Below the pieces are notes generated by a model. That model did not search any database, had not been told where the DNA came from, and worked only from the letters and a program-made list of their open reading frames with translations. The position numbers and the translations under genes were made by a program. This document shows, piece after piece, positions 23,564 through 32,000 of a DNA stretch of 32,000 nt. Source of the DNA: Acaryochloris thomasi RCC1774 (GTDB lineage: Bacteria > Cyanobacteriota > Cyanobacteriia > Thermosynechococcales > Thermosynechococcaceae); assembly GCF_003231495.1 (NCBI RefSeq), contig NZ_PQWO01000011.1, forward strand, positions 90,001-122,000. Reading direction: 5' to 3'. Position 1 is the first letter of the stretch, and every line of letters begins with the position of its first letter.

Positions 23564-24916
23564 CTAGGCTGATTCAGGTGTTGGAATCGTAGACGGCAGC
23601 ATCAAGAGCTGAGCAGATGAACGCTGCTCCACCATCTCTCGCGTAATCACGCAGGGTGCTAATTCCTTACGAGAGTGGGACGGCAGCTCATACATTACAT
23701 CTAGCATGATCTCTTCCACAATGGCCCGTAGTGCCCTTGCGCCGGTTTTACGCCGGTAGGCTTCCTGAGCAATCGCCTGCACCGCCTCTAGGTCAAACTC
23801 CAGCTCAACATTATCCATCTGCAGCAGCTTTTTGTACTGCTTAATCAGGGCGTTACGAGGCTCGGTTAAAATTCGACATAGCGACTCCTGGGTCAGTGCA
23901 TCAATCACTGACATCACCGGAATGCGGCCAATAAACTCAGGGATCATGCCAAACTTCACTAGATCCTGAGCCTCCAGATCCCGCAGAATATCTGCCGTCC
24001 TCACCTCTTTCGGCTGTGGCTCACCAGCCCGCACAAATCCCATGGATTTCTTGCCCGTGCGCTGCTCAATAATCTTCTCTAGGCCCACAAAAGCCCCACC
24101 ACAAATAAACAAAATATTTGTGGTGTCAATCTGAATACAGTCTTGGTATGGGTGCTTACGACCGCCCTGGGGTGGCACATTGGCAACCGTGCCTTCCAGC
24201 ATTTTTAGCAACGCCTGCTGTACGCCTTCACCCGATACATCTCGAGTAATTGAAGGGTTCTCGCTTTTCCGCGCAACTTTATCAATCTCGTCGATATAGA
24301 TGATGCCACGTTGAGCTTCTTCAACATCTAAATCAGCAACCTGCAGCAACCGCAGAAGAATATTCTCAACATCTTCGCCGACGTAGCCTGCCTCCGTAAG
24401 TGTCGTGGCATCGGCGACCGCGAACGGTACATCTAGCATCTGGGCGAGCGTCTGCGCCAAGAGGGTCTTACCGCAGCCGGTGGGCCCCATCAGCAGAATG
24501 TTGGATTTTTGCAGCTCAATGGCATCATCCGCATCTTCTGCTTCACTGCTGCTTTTGAGCAGGCTTAGACGCTTGTAGTGGTTGTACACCGCAACCGACA
24601 AAACCTTTTTGGCTTCCTTTTGACCAATGACATGCTCATCAAGGTAGCTCTTGATATCCCTAGGCTTTGGGATTTGGCTCAAGGAGATTTGTCCACTGCG
24701 AGACCGACGCTTTTCGGTCGGTGGCTCACCGCGTCGGGAAACAGCTTGGCCGGCAGCGGCTCCACCCGTATCAAAAAGCTCCTCGTCTAGAATCTCATTG
24801 CAAAGGTCTACACATTCATCACAAATGTAAACTCCCGGGCCCGCAATCAGCTTACGGACCTGTTCCTGGGATTTACCGCAGAAGGAACATTTCAGATGGG
24901 AGTCGTATTTAGACAT
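23564..24916 (-). CDS. clpX: ATP-dependent Clp protease ATP-binding subunit ClpX
   Basis: N-terminal zinc finger CSFCGK...YICDEC, Walker A GPTGCGKT, Walker [10 protein letters not shown], pore loop GYVGED, and the IGF-type loop (MGF). Confidence 0.97.
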   Translation of the reverse strand: MSKYDSHLKCSFCGKSQEQVRKLIAGPGVYICDECVDLCNEILDEELFDTGGAAAGQAVSRRGEPPTEKRRSRSGQISLSQIPKPRDIKSYLDEHVIGQKEAKKVLSVAVYNHYKRLSLLKSSSEAEDADDAIELQKSNILLMGPTGCGKTLLAQTLAQMLDVPFAVADATTLTEAGYVGEDVENILLRLLQVADLDVEEAQRGIIYIDEIDKVARKSENPSITRDVSGEGVQQALLKMLEGTVANVPPQGGRKHPYQDCIQIDTTNILFICGGAFVGLEKIIEQRTGKKSMGFVRAGEPQPKEVRTADILRDLEAQDLVKFGMIPEFIGRIPVMSVIDALTQESLCRILTEPRNALIKQYKKLLQMDNVELEFDLEAVQAIAQEAYRRKTGARALRAIVEEIMLDVMYELPSHSRKELAPCVITREMVEQRSSAQLLMLPSTIPTPESA

Positions 24917-24925
24917 GTCTGCCTC

Positions 24926-25648
24926 TCAATTGACTTCACTAACGGTTTCTGTGTGACTGGGGAGGTTCTGACGGGAAACAACCTGGTCAATCAAACCATA
25001 CTTTTGAGCTTCTTCGGCAGACATAAAGAAATCGCGTTCTGTGTCAGCTTCAATGCGCTCGAACGGCTGGCCTGTATTTTGGGCAAGCAAGTGATTGAGT
25101 TGATTTTTATGATGCAGGATTTCTTTGGCTTGGATTTCAATATCAACAGACTGGCCCTGAGCGCCACCAAGGGGTTGGTGAATCATGATGCGCGAATGAG
25201 GTAAAGCCATCCGTTTCCCTGATGTCCCAGCTGCGAGCAAGAATGCCCCCATGCTGGCGGCCAATCCAAAACAGATTGTACACACATCAGGACGAATATG
25301 CTGAATTGTATCGTAAATAGCCATCCCTGCTGTAACAGAGCCACCGGGAGAGTTGATATATAGATAAATATCTTGCTCAGGGTCGTCAGCTTCTAGAAAG
25401 AGAAGCTGAGCAACGATGGTGTCTGCGGTTGTGTCATCGATGCCACGACTAGAGGAGCTACCCCCCCCTAGGAAAATGATGCGTTCACGCAGCAGCCGCG
25501 AGTAAATATCAAAGGCTCGCTCTCCGCGACCTGATTGTTCGACAACCATGGGCACGATATTGCGAGGAGACTCATTTTGCCCTGAGTGATCCCAGGCATT
25601 TAGAGATGGATAGGGTGATTGGGAAAAGAGCATAGAACTTAAATTCAA
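24926..25648 (-). CDS. clpP: ATP-dependent Clp protease proteolytic subunit ClpP
   Basis: [29 protein letters not shown], then the catalytic Ser ([11 protein letters not shown]), His ([10 protein letters not shown]) and Asp (DTERDFFM). TTG start at 25648, with ATG 25633 as the alternative. The stop lies 9 nt before the clpX ATG, with GAGG in between, which suggests translational coupling. Confidence 0.95.
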   Translation of the reverse strand: MNLSSMLFSQSPYPSLNAWDHSGQNESPRNIVPMVVEQSGRGERAFDIYSRLLRERIIFLGGGSSSSRGIDDTTADTIVAQLLFLEADDPEQDIYLYINSPGGSVTAGMAIYDTIQHIRPDVCTICFGLAASMGAFLLAAGTSGKRMALPHSRIMIHQPLGGAQGQSVDIEIQAKEILHHKNQLNHLLAQNTGQPFERIEADTERDFFMSAEEAQKYGLIDQVVSRQNLPSHTETVSEVN

Positions 25649-25827
25649 TAACTTCGGGCCAGTAATCCAAAAACGGTAATCGTTGCGAGGGGAGCAAGGG
25701 AGGTTAAGTCAGGTTTAAGACTTATCTGCTCTTTAGGTACATTATGCCTCAACGAACAGAAGACATCCTGATATCACTTTCAATCAAGCAGAGTGAAGAA
25801 AATATCAATCTATCCAGGGTGATCCAC

Positions 25828-27474
25828 CTATTCTGCGGCGTCAGCAGGCGGTGCCTTTTTAGAAGTACTCTTCTTCGTAGACTTAGAGGCTTTGGGCTTT
25901 GCTGCCGTCTTCTCTGCTGTTGTCGACTTTGCAGTTTTAGCCTTGGTCGACTTGGCTTTTGTCGTCTTCCGTTTCGCGGTTTCTTTGGGGCTATCTGCCA
26001 CCGATGCTTCAGCATCTTCGACAGCTTCAGAAGGAACATCAACAACCTGATCTTTAGCCTTGGGCTCTGCTTTAGCCTTTGACTTGGGTTTTGCATCGGG
26101 AGCTGGCTCGTCTTCAGAAATATCCTCTTCCGGCTTTGATTCCACTAACTTAACTTCAGAATGCTCCTTAAGCCACTCCATAACAGCTTCTTTGAGCAGT
26201 TCTTCTTCTAAGATGTTTCGTAACCGCTGCTGGTCTACTTTTTGATCGCCAAAGCTCTCTAGAACTTCCTGCGTTCTTTTCTCTAGTGCCTCAGGCTCAA
26301 CGGTCAAGGATTCAAGCTTGGCAACTTCTGCCAGAGCCAAAGTTGTTTTGAGTCTCTCCTGCGCTTCCGGGCGCAGCCGCTCCTGCATACCAGGTAAGAC
26401 GTCTTTGGTGAGCAGCTTGTTAACGTCAATACCTTGAGACTGGAGCTGTGCAGCCGTCTCATTGATCATGACATTCACTTCATCCTGAATCATGGAAGGT
26501 GGGGGTTCCGCTTCTAATTCAGTCACCAGAGCTGTCACCAATTCGGCTTCAACGTTGGCATCTGTCGCGTCCTTGGCCTCTTTTTGATAGCGCTCTTCTA
26601 GAAATTCTCGAAGTTCTGCAAGGGTCGAAAACTCGCTGACGTCTTGAGCAAAGTCGTCATCCAGCTCGGGCAGCTCTTTTGTCTTGATATCGTTAAGGGT
26701 GACGGTGAAGATGGCCGAGCGTCCGGCCCAGTCTTCTTGGAAAAAGTCATCTGGAAAAGTGACGGGAATCTCTTTTGTATCGCCAATGCCCATGCCCACC
26801 ACGCCATTGACGAGGTCTGTAATGAAACCGTTCTCGATCAGCTCAAGCTGAAAGTCCTTGACCTCTTCGGTGGTGTCATCATCTCCGTCTTCGAAGCGGC
26901 TAGCAAAGTCAATTTGAGTGACATCACCTTTCTCTGCAGCTCGGCCTTCGACAGGAACTAAGGTGGCCTGCTGAGATTGCTGCTCTGCTAACACCTCTTC
27001 GACTTTTGCCGGGTCGTACTGTACTTCTTCGGCAGTGACCTCAAAGCCCTGATGTTTGTTGAGCTTGACCTCGGGGGGGACTTCAACGCTGACGGTGAAG
27101 GTGAGGGCTTCTCCGGGCTGGTACTGGGTAACCAGTTCTTCCATGGAAGATTGAAGCTGAATACCGCCGAGAGCGTTGATCTCTTCTTGCTTGACGGCGG
27201 CTTCAAAATTGTTCTGAATCAGATCTTCTAGTGCTGCCGCTTTAATCTGAGTGGTGCCAAATCGTTGCAGAATCACCTGACGCGGAATCTTCCCTCGACG
27301 AAAGCCAGGAATCTGGGCCGATCGCATAAATTTGGTAATTACTTGCTCGTAAGCCTGTTGCGATCGCACCCCTGGGATTTCGATCTCCAGACTCACTTGA
27401 CTACCGGGTAGCTTCGACTGGGTAACGTTCAGCCGCTCTTGTGTTTTAGACAACGCCTTTCCTCTCAAAGTCAT
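25828..27474 (-). CDS. tig: Trigger factor with a 103-aa Lys/Ala/Ser/Thr-rich C-terminal extension
   Basis: N-terminal VTQSKLPGSQVSLEIEI and the ribosome-binding signature GFRRGKIP, followed by FKBP-type middle and C-terminal domains. ATG 27474 is directly preceded by TTG 27477. An internal TTG preceded by AGAGGAAAGG (giving MSKTQERLNVTQ) is also a plausible start. Confidence 0.93.
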   Translation of the reverse strand: MTLRGKALSKTQERLNVTQSKLPGSQVSLEIEIPGVRSQQAYEQVITKFMRSAQIPGFRRGKIPRQVILQRFGTTQIKAAALEDLIQNNFEAAVKQEEINALGGIQLQSSMEELVTQYQPGEALTFTVSVEVPPEVKLNKHQGFEVTAEEVQYDPAKVEEVLAEQQSQQATLVPVEGRAAEKGDVTQIDFASRFEDGDDDTTEEVKDFQLELIENGFITDLVNGVVGMGIGDTKEIPVTFPDDFFQEDWAGRSAIFTVTLNDIKTKELPELDDDFAQDVSEFSTLAELREFLEERYQKEAKDATDANVEAELVTALVTELEAEPPPSMIQDEVNVMINETAAQLQSQGIDVNKLLTKDVLPGMQERLRPEAQERLKTTLALAEVAKLESLTVEPEALEKRTQEVLESFGDQKVDQQRLRNILEEELLKEAVMEWLKEHSEVKLVESKPEEDISEDEPAPDAKPKSKAKAEPKAKDQVVDVPSEAVEDAEASVADSPKETAKRKTTKAKSTKAKTAKSTTAEKTAAKPKASKSTKKSTSKKAPPADAAE

Positions 27475-27906
27475 CAATACGTCACGGCTCTAACCCTTTA
27501 ACATGAGACTCTCAATCTCTAGAAAAGTGGAACCCCGAAGGGAACGCCCGCAAAGAATTTATCCAGCTTGCTATCATAGCTGATTTTGAATGCGGCTAGC
27601 GAATGGTGGAGCACGCCAGAATCTAATGTCTAGGTTAAGGTCTATAGTAAGAAGTGTGGTTGGCTTGACCGCAGAGTTTGAGCAACAAAGCAGAGAAGAG
27701 GGGCGACCCTCCTTCCGACACCCTATTGTCGGGATGCTTAAAGAATTGGTACTCTGTGACATAACTTTAAGATTTTGAGTATTCATCCCTGTCGACGCAT
27801 TGCTTGGGAGACTCCGCTGCCGAAGTGATTATGAAAACGCAGAAGTTTATTGAGAATTACAAATCTACTTAACAAAACGCTAGATAAAAATAGGGAGGCG
27901 TGAAAT

Positions 27907-28950
27907 TTGTCTCAGTCTTATCGAGTCGCCATTTTGGGGGCGACGGGTGCCGTTGGCACTGAGCTCTTGCAGTTGCTGGAGGCTCGCAAGTTCCCAATTT
28001 CAGAATTGACCCTGCTGGCGTCAGAGCGTTCAGCGGGAGAGGTACGGTCCTTTAGGGGTGAAGAGCTAACGGTTGAAGCGGTTAGTCCTGAGAAATTTGA
28101 TGCTGTTGACATCGTATTGGCCTCGGCGGGAGGCAGTACTTCTAAGGAGTGGGCACCGATTGCCGTCAAGGCGGGTGCTGTTGTCGTTGATAACTCCAGT
28201 GCGTTTCGCATGGATCCCCAGGTTCCGCTGGTGGTCCCCGAGGTCAATCCCGATGCTGTGGAAGCTCATGGCGGCGTGATTGCCAATCCCAACTGCACAA
28301 CGATACTGATGTCTGTGGCGGTTTGGCCTCTGCACCAAAAGCAGCCCATTCAGCGAATCGTTGCTTCCACCTATCAATCAGCGAGTGGTGCAGGTGCTCG
28401 GGCAATGGAGGAAGTCAAGCAGCAGGCTCGGGCAATTCTGCAGGGGCAGGTACCCCCCACCGAGATCTTCCCCTACCCCCTGGCGTTTAACCTGTTCCCC
28501 CATAATTCCGACCTCAATGATCAGGGCTACTGCGCTGAAGAGATGAAGATGGTCCAGGAGACGGGCAAGATTTTTGCAGCGTCGGATCTGAGGATTTCGG
28601 CTACCTGTGTGCGGGTTCCCGTCTTGCGGGCTCATTCAGAAGCAATTAATTTAGAGTTTGAGCAACCCTTTGATGCTGACGAGGCTCGGGAGATTTTGAA
28701 ATCCTCGCCGGGGGTTAAGCTTGTTGAAGATTGGCAGGCCAACTATTTCCCGATGCCAATGGATGCCAGTGGTCGGGACGAAGTACTCGTAGGTCGTATT
28801 CGCCAAGATATCTCCCATCCCAACGGTCTAGAATTGTGGCTCAGTGGCGATCAGATTCGCAAGGGAGCTGCGCTTAATGCGGTGCAAATCGCTGAGCTTC
28901 TCGTGGAACGCAACCTCCTTAAGGCTTCGGCTCCTGCCTTAGCTCTGTAG
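27907..28950 (+). CDS. asd: Aspartate-semialdehyde dehydrogenase
   Basis: NAD(P) fold VAILGATGAVGTE and active-site NPNCTT, followed by QSASGAG. The TTG start is preceded by GGGAGG (27893-27898) at 8-nt spacing. Confidence 0.95.
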   Translation: MSQSYRVAILGATGAVGTELLQLLEARKFPISELTLLASERSAGEVRSFRGEELTVEAVSPEKFDAVDIVLASAGGSTSKEWAPIAVKAGAVVVDNSSAFRMDPQVPLVVPEVNPDAVEAHGGVIANPNCTTILMSVAVWPLHQKQPIQRIVASTYQSASGAGARAMEEVKQQARAILQGQVPPTEIFPYPLAFNLFPHNSDLNDQGYCAEEMKMVQETGKIFAASDLRISATCVRVPVLRAHSEAINLEFEQPFDADEAREILKSSPGVKLVEDWQANYFPMPMDASGRDEVLVGRIRQDISHPNGLELWLSGDQIRKGAALNAVQIAELLVERNLLKASAPALAL

Positions 28951-29004
28951 GTTGCTCTCAGAACAATGCACTGCTGAGGGTGCTGTTCAATTGATGTATA
29001 TATG

Positions 29005-29055
29005 TACATCCGTCAGCCTTTATACATAGAGACCGGTGGCTGACGCCAGGATGTA
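29005..29055 (+). terminator. Structured element / possible partial terminator between asd and dapA
   Basis: A 14-bp stem: 29005-29018 pairs with 29038-29044 plus 29049-29055. There is a 4-nt bulge (gcca) and a 19-nt loop. A T-rich tail follows: tgttgaacatctgtttatttcaatttttt. The T-run is not immediately adjacent to the stem. Confidence 0.4.
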
Positions 29056-29135
29056 TGTTGAACATCTGTTTATTTCAATTTTTTGATAGCGATGCAGTGG
29101 AGTGAGTTCAGGGCAGTGGTAGGAGTCAGGTACGA

Positions 29136-30020
29136 GTGACAAGTTTTGGGAAAGTTTTGACGGCGATGGTCACGCCTTTCGACTCGGAAGGTAAGGTTGA
29201 CTTCGGGGTGGCAGAAAAATTAGCCGTTCATCTTGTCGAGCACGGCAGCGATGCGCTTGTTATTTGTGGGACCACAGGGGAGTCGCCCACCCTCACCTGG
29301 GACGAGGAATATAGGCTGTTTCAGGTGGTCAAAGATGCGATCGCAACTAAAGGTCAGGTGATCGCAGGGACCGGCTCTAACTCAACCTGTGAAGCCATTG
29401 AAGCCACTCAAAAAGCTGCTAAGCTAGGGCTGGACGGCGTCTTGCAGGTCGTTCCTTACTACAACAAACCTCCCCAAGAAGGTCTTTACCAACATTTTCG
29501 GTCCATCGCTGAGGCTACACCTGAAATGCCCATTATGTTGTACAACATACCTGGGCGTACAGGACAAAACTTACAGCCAGAGACCGTTGCTAAGCTTGCC
29601 CAGCTCTCCAACGTTGTGGCAATTAAGGAAGCCAGTGGTAACTTTGACCAAGTCAGTCAAATTCGCCGCAGGACCCCACCCGAATTTGAGATCTACTCTG
29701 GAGACGACTCACTCACCTTGCCCATGCTGGCGATTGGCTGTTCTGGCGTCGTGAGTGTAGCCAGCCACCTTGTTGGGGAACCCTTACAACAGATGGTGCA
29801 GTTTTTTGAGCAAGGTCACACAAAATCGGCGACTAATATTCACCTCAAGCTCTTGCCTCTCTTTCAGGCTTTGTTCTCTACAACAAACCCAATTCCCGTT
29901 AAAGCAGCTCTCCGTCTTCAGGGTTGGTCAGTTGGCGGTACTCGACCGCCCCTCTCAGATTGCCCCAAGTCTCTGCAGCAGCAGCTAGAGCAAGTCTTAA
30001 AAGAAGAAAAGCTCCTTTAG
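29136..30020 (+). CDS. dapA: 4-hydroxy-tetrahydrodipicolinate synthase
   Basis: [27 protein letters not shown], and the Schiff-base lysine in [12 protein letters not shown] start with AGGAG 10 nt upstream. Confidence 0.95.
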   Translation: MTSFGKVLTAMVTPFDSEGKVDFGVAEKLAVHLVEHGSDALVICGTTGESPTLTWDEEYRLFQVVKDAIATKGQVIAGTGSNSTCEAIEATQKAAKLGLDGVLQVVPYYNKPPQEGLYQHFRSIAEATPEMPIMLYNIPGRTGQNLQPETVAKLAQLSNVVAIKEASGNFDQVSQIRRRTPPEFEIYSGDDSLTLPMLAIGCSGVVSVASHLVGEPLQQMVQFFEQGHTKSATNIHLKLLPLFQALFSTTNPIPVKAALRLQGWSVGGTRPPLSDCPKSLQQQLEQVLKEEKLL

Positions 30021-30148
30021 CTCCTTTTTTCTGTGGCTCTTTACGGTGTCCTCACAGCCTTGAAGGTATCGCTTCTGAATAGCCACAATCCTCTCTCCTT
30101 AAACCTTCCATTTTTCTATCGCATATTTTGTTTAGGTAATATCCTTAT

Positions 30149-31909
30149 ATGACAGATCAAAAAAATCAAAATAGCCTCAAAGTTATTCCTCTCGGAGGAC
30201 TCCACGAAATTGGCAAAAATACCTGCGTCTTTGAATATGAAGACGAGATTATCCTTCTTGATGCTGGCTTAGCCTTTCCCACAGATGGCATGCACGGCGT
30301 CAATATTGTGCTCCCAGATATGACCTATCTCCGGGAGAACAAGCACAAAATAAAAGGCATGATCGTCACCCACGGCCATGAAGATCACATTGGCGGGATC
30401 GCCTTTCACCTCAAGCAGTTTGATATTCCGGTGATCTATGGTCCGCGACTGGCAATGGCGCTGCTCAAAGGGAAGCTAGAAGAAGCCGGCGTCGCTGGCA
30501 AAACAAAGCTCAACTCTGTACTCCCGCGCGATGTCGTGCGCCTGGGTTCTAACTTCTTAGTTGAATATATTCGCAATACTCACTCCATTGCCGATAGCTG
30601 CACCGTCGCTATCCACACCCCGGTCGGCGTCGTGATTCACACCGGAGATTTCAAGGTTGATCATACGCCCGTAGACGGTGAGTTCTTTGATTTTCAAAAG
30701 CTGGCTGAGTATGGCGAGAAAGGCGTTCTTTGTTTAATCGCTGACTCAACTAACTCTGAAGTGCCTGGTTCAACTCCATCAGAGCGTTCTGTCTATCCGA
30801 ATCTAGAGCGAGTCTTTCAGCAAGCATCAGGACGACTGCTGGTCACCACCTTTGCTTCATCGGTGCATCGCGTCAACATGATTTTAGATATTGCTAAAAA
30901 GCAGCATCGAACGGTATCCATCGTGGGCCGCTCAATGCTCAACGTGATTGCCCACGCTCGTAACCTCGGCTACATCAAGTGTCCAGACAGCTTATTTGAG
31001 CCGCTACACGTGACGCGAGACATGCCCGATCATAAAGTCTTGATCCTAACAACCGGATCTCAAGGGGAAGAGATGGCCGCGCTGTCGAGAATCGCCCGCA
31101 AAGAGCATCGGCAAATTCGTATTCGCAAGGGAGATACTGTTGTCTTCTCAGCCAACCCCATCCCTGGGAACACCATCGGAGTCGTTAATCTAATCGATCA
31201 GCTGATGATGCAGGGGGCCAATGTTATCTATGGTCGTCACCAAGGCATTCACGTTTCAGGACATGGTGCTCAAGAAGATCAAAAGCTCATGATTGCCCTG
31301 ACGCGTCCCAAGTTCTTCTTGCCCGTTCATGGTGAACATCGAATGTTGGTAAAGCATTCCCAGACCGCCCAGAGCATGGAAATTCCTGCAGATAATATGG
31401 TTATTATCGACAATGGTGACATTGTTGAGCTGACGGAAGAGTCGATTGGCATTGCTGGGAAAGTTCCTTCTGGTATTGAGCTAATGGACCGTGCCGGGTT
31501 GGTGAAAGCCCACGTTCTTGAAGAGCGACAGCGGCTCGCAGAAGACGGTATGGTCACTGTTGCTGCCAGCATTGGCCTCAACGGACAGCTGTTGACCCAG
31601 CCGGACGTTCATTTACGGGGCGTCGTCACGAATGTTGGCACGGACAAGTGGCAAATGTGGGTGAAAGAGACGATTGAATTGGCTCTGCGGAATCGATGGC
31701 AGCAGGTTTCAGATACTGACGTTGTTGATGCTGCTTCTGTCGATTGGGTCAACCTCAAAAGCTATATCGAGCGGGAACTCAAGGGACTACTGCGCCGCGA
31801 GGTCCAAACGAGAGCAACGCTACTCTTTTTGCTACAGCACCCTCAGGATTCAGCCAAGCCCGTCGCTTCAACTCGACAACGTAAGATACCTGCGCCGGTT
31901 GCTTCTTAA
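30149..31909 (+). CDS. rnj: Ribonuclease J (metallo-beta-lactamase / beta-CASP family)
   Basis: LKVIPLGGLHEIGKN, the HxHxDH motif (THGHEDHIGG), beta-CASP motifs (ADSTN, HVSGH, PVHGE), and a C-terminal domain. Confidence 0.93.
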   Translation: MTDQKNQNSLKVIPLGGLHEIGKNTCVFEYEDEIILLDAGLAFPTDGMHGVNIVLPDMTYLRENKHKIKGMIVTHGHEDHIGGIAFHLKQFDIPVIYGPRLAMALLKGKLEEAGVAGKTKLNSVLPRDVVRLGSNFLVEYIRNTHSIADSCTVAIHTPVGVVIHTGDFKVDHTPVDGEFFDFQKLAEYGEKGVLCLIADSTNSEVPGSTPSERSVYPNLERVFQQASGRLLVTTFASSVHRVNMILDIAKKQHRTVSIVGRSMLNVIAHARNLGYIKCPDSLFEPLHVTRDMPDHKVLILTTGSQGEEMAALSRIARKEHRQIRIRKGDTVVFSANPIPGNTIGVVNLIDQLMMQGANVIYGRHQGIHVSGHGAQEDQKLMIALTRPKFFLPVHGEHRMLVKHSQTAQSMEIPADNMVIIDNGDIVELTEESIGIAGKVPSGIELMDRAGLVKAHVLEERQRLAEDGMVTVAASIGLNGQLLTQPDVHLRGVVTNVGTDKWQMWVKETIELALRNRWQQVSDTDVVDAASVDWVNLKSYIERELKGLLRREVQTRATLLFLLQHPQDSAKPVASTRQRKIPAPVAS

Positions 31910-31920
31910 CTTGATGACTA

Positions 31921-31960
31921 CCTTCTGAGCGACCCTCGTGATCGCTCAGAAGGCATTTTT
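31921..31960 (+). terminator. Rho-independent terminator downstream of rnj
   Basis: A perfect 12-bp stem ccttctgagcga / tcgctcagaagg (31921-31932 and 31942-31953) with a 9-nt loop. It is followed directly by cattttt and begins 11 nt after the rnj stop. Confidence 0.8.
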
Positions 31961-32000
31961 CATCGGAGGGGCGAGGGGGCAAGAAGATCGTCCTTTCTCT

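Noticed and set aside
25441-25470. A ClpP insertion ([16 protein letters not shown] instead of the usual IIFLGxxIDD) encoded across an 8-nt homopolymer (C8 on +, G8 on the coding strand, 25460-25467). It could be a slippage or phase-variation site.
   Set aside because: The reading frame is intact, with the Ser-His-Asp triad present downstream. I recall similar Gly-rich insertions in the clpX-linked cyanobacterial ClpP paralogue. Other G7-G8 runs (815-822 in the PBP gene, 5751-5757, 27073-27079) are also in frame and simply encode Gly-Gly or Pro-Pro.
25744-26096. Two about 112-115-aa ORFs (25744-26082 + and 25749-26096 -) overlapping the 3' end of tig.
   Set aside because: Both are by-products of the biased Lys/Ala/Ser/Thr codon repeats of the trigger-factor tail. 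Their translations are Cys/Leu/Arg-rich or Arg/Lys/Gln-rich low-complexity strings.
1-32000. Search for tRNA/rRNA genes, CRISPR arrays, transposase/integrase genes, prophage or defence-island signatures, and compositionally foreign segments.
   Set aside because: None seen. There are no T-arm-like GGTTCGAATCC motifs and no regularly spaced direct repeats. Every ORF over 150 aa has a housekeeping family signature, and HIP1 copies are spread through the whole window. This was an eye scan only, so tRNAscan-SE, Infernal and CRISPR finders should confirm it.

Overview
The window looks like core chromosome from a cyanobacterium. Evidence: 16 exact copies of the HIP1 octamer GCGATCGC, a class I CPD photolyase very similar to the Anacystis/Synechococcus enzyme, and the clusters asd-dapA-rnj and tig-clpP-clpX. 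About 30 protein-coding genes sit tightly packed on both strands. Most are recognisable housekeeping genes:
- PBP1A (5' end cut by the window edge) and an LpxB-like glycosyltransferase
- a YacP/NYN nuclease, a Ser/Thr kinase and a GAF histidine kinase
- an SLH-domain envelope protein
- a SAM methyltransferase, an IMPase-family protein, a serine hydrolase and a CIA30-domain protein
- PgeF, BirA, photolyase, GatD, MurT, a YkuD L,D-transpeptidase and Maf
- a GNAT, an alpha/beta hydrolase, ClpX, ClpP, trigger factor, Asd, DapA and RNase J

Reading by eye, I found no rRNA or tRNA genes, CRISPR array, transposase, integrase or known defence genes. I also see no convincing multi-gene novel system, so this reads as an ordinary core region.

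The items most worth a second look:
1. A MurT/GatD lipid II amidation pair, known from Gram-positives. Here MurT lacks the Cys4 zinc ribbon, a structured repeat-bearing spacer splits the two genes, and an L,D-transpeptidase gene lies divergently next to them.
2. An SLH protein whose C-terminus is a tandem 49-aa glycine-zipper-like repeat.
3. A 103-aa lysine-rich tail on trigger factor.
4. Short GC-rich hairpin repeats in several intergenic regions.
5. Nine convergent gene junctions with 0-41 nt spacers or overlapping 3' ends, none with a recognisable terminator.
6. A 745-nt gene-poor stretch holding a small ORF preceded by a Shine-Dalgarno (SD) sequence, plus perfect hairpins.

All family assignments come from motifs read in the translations. 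No database search was run.
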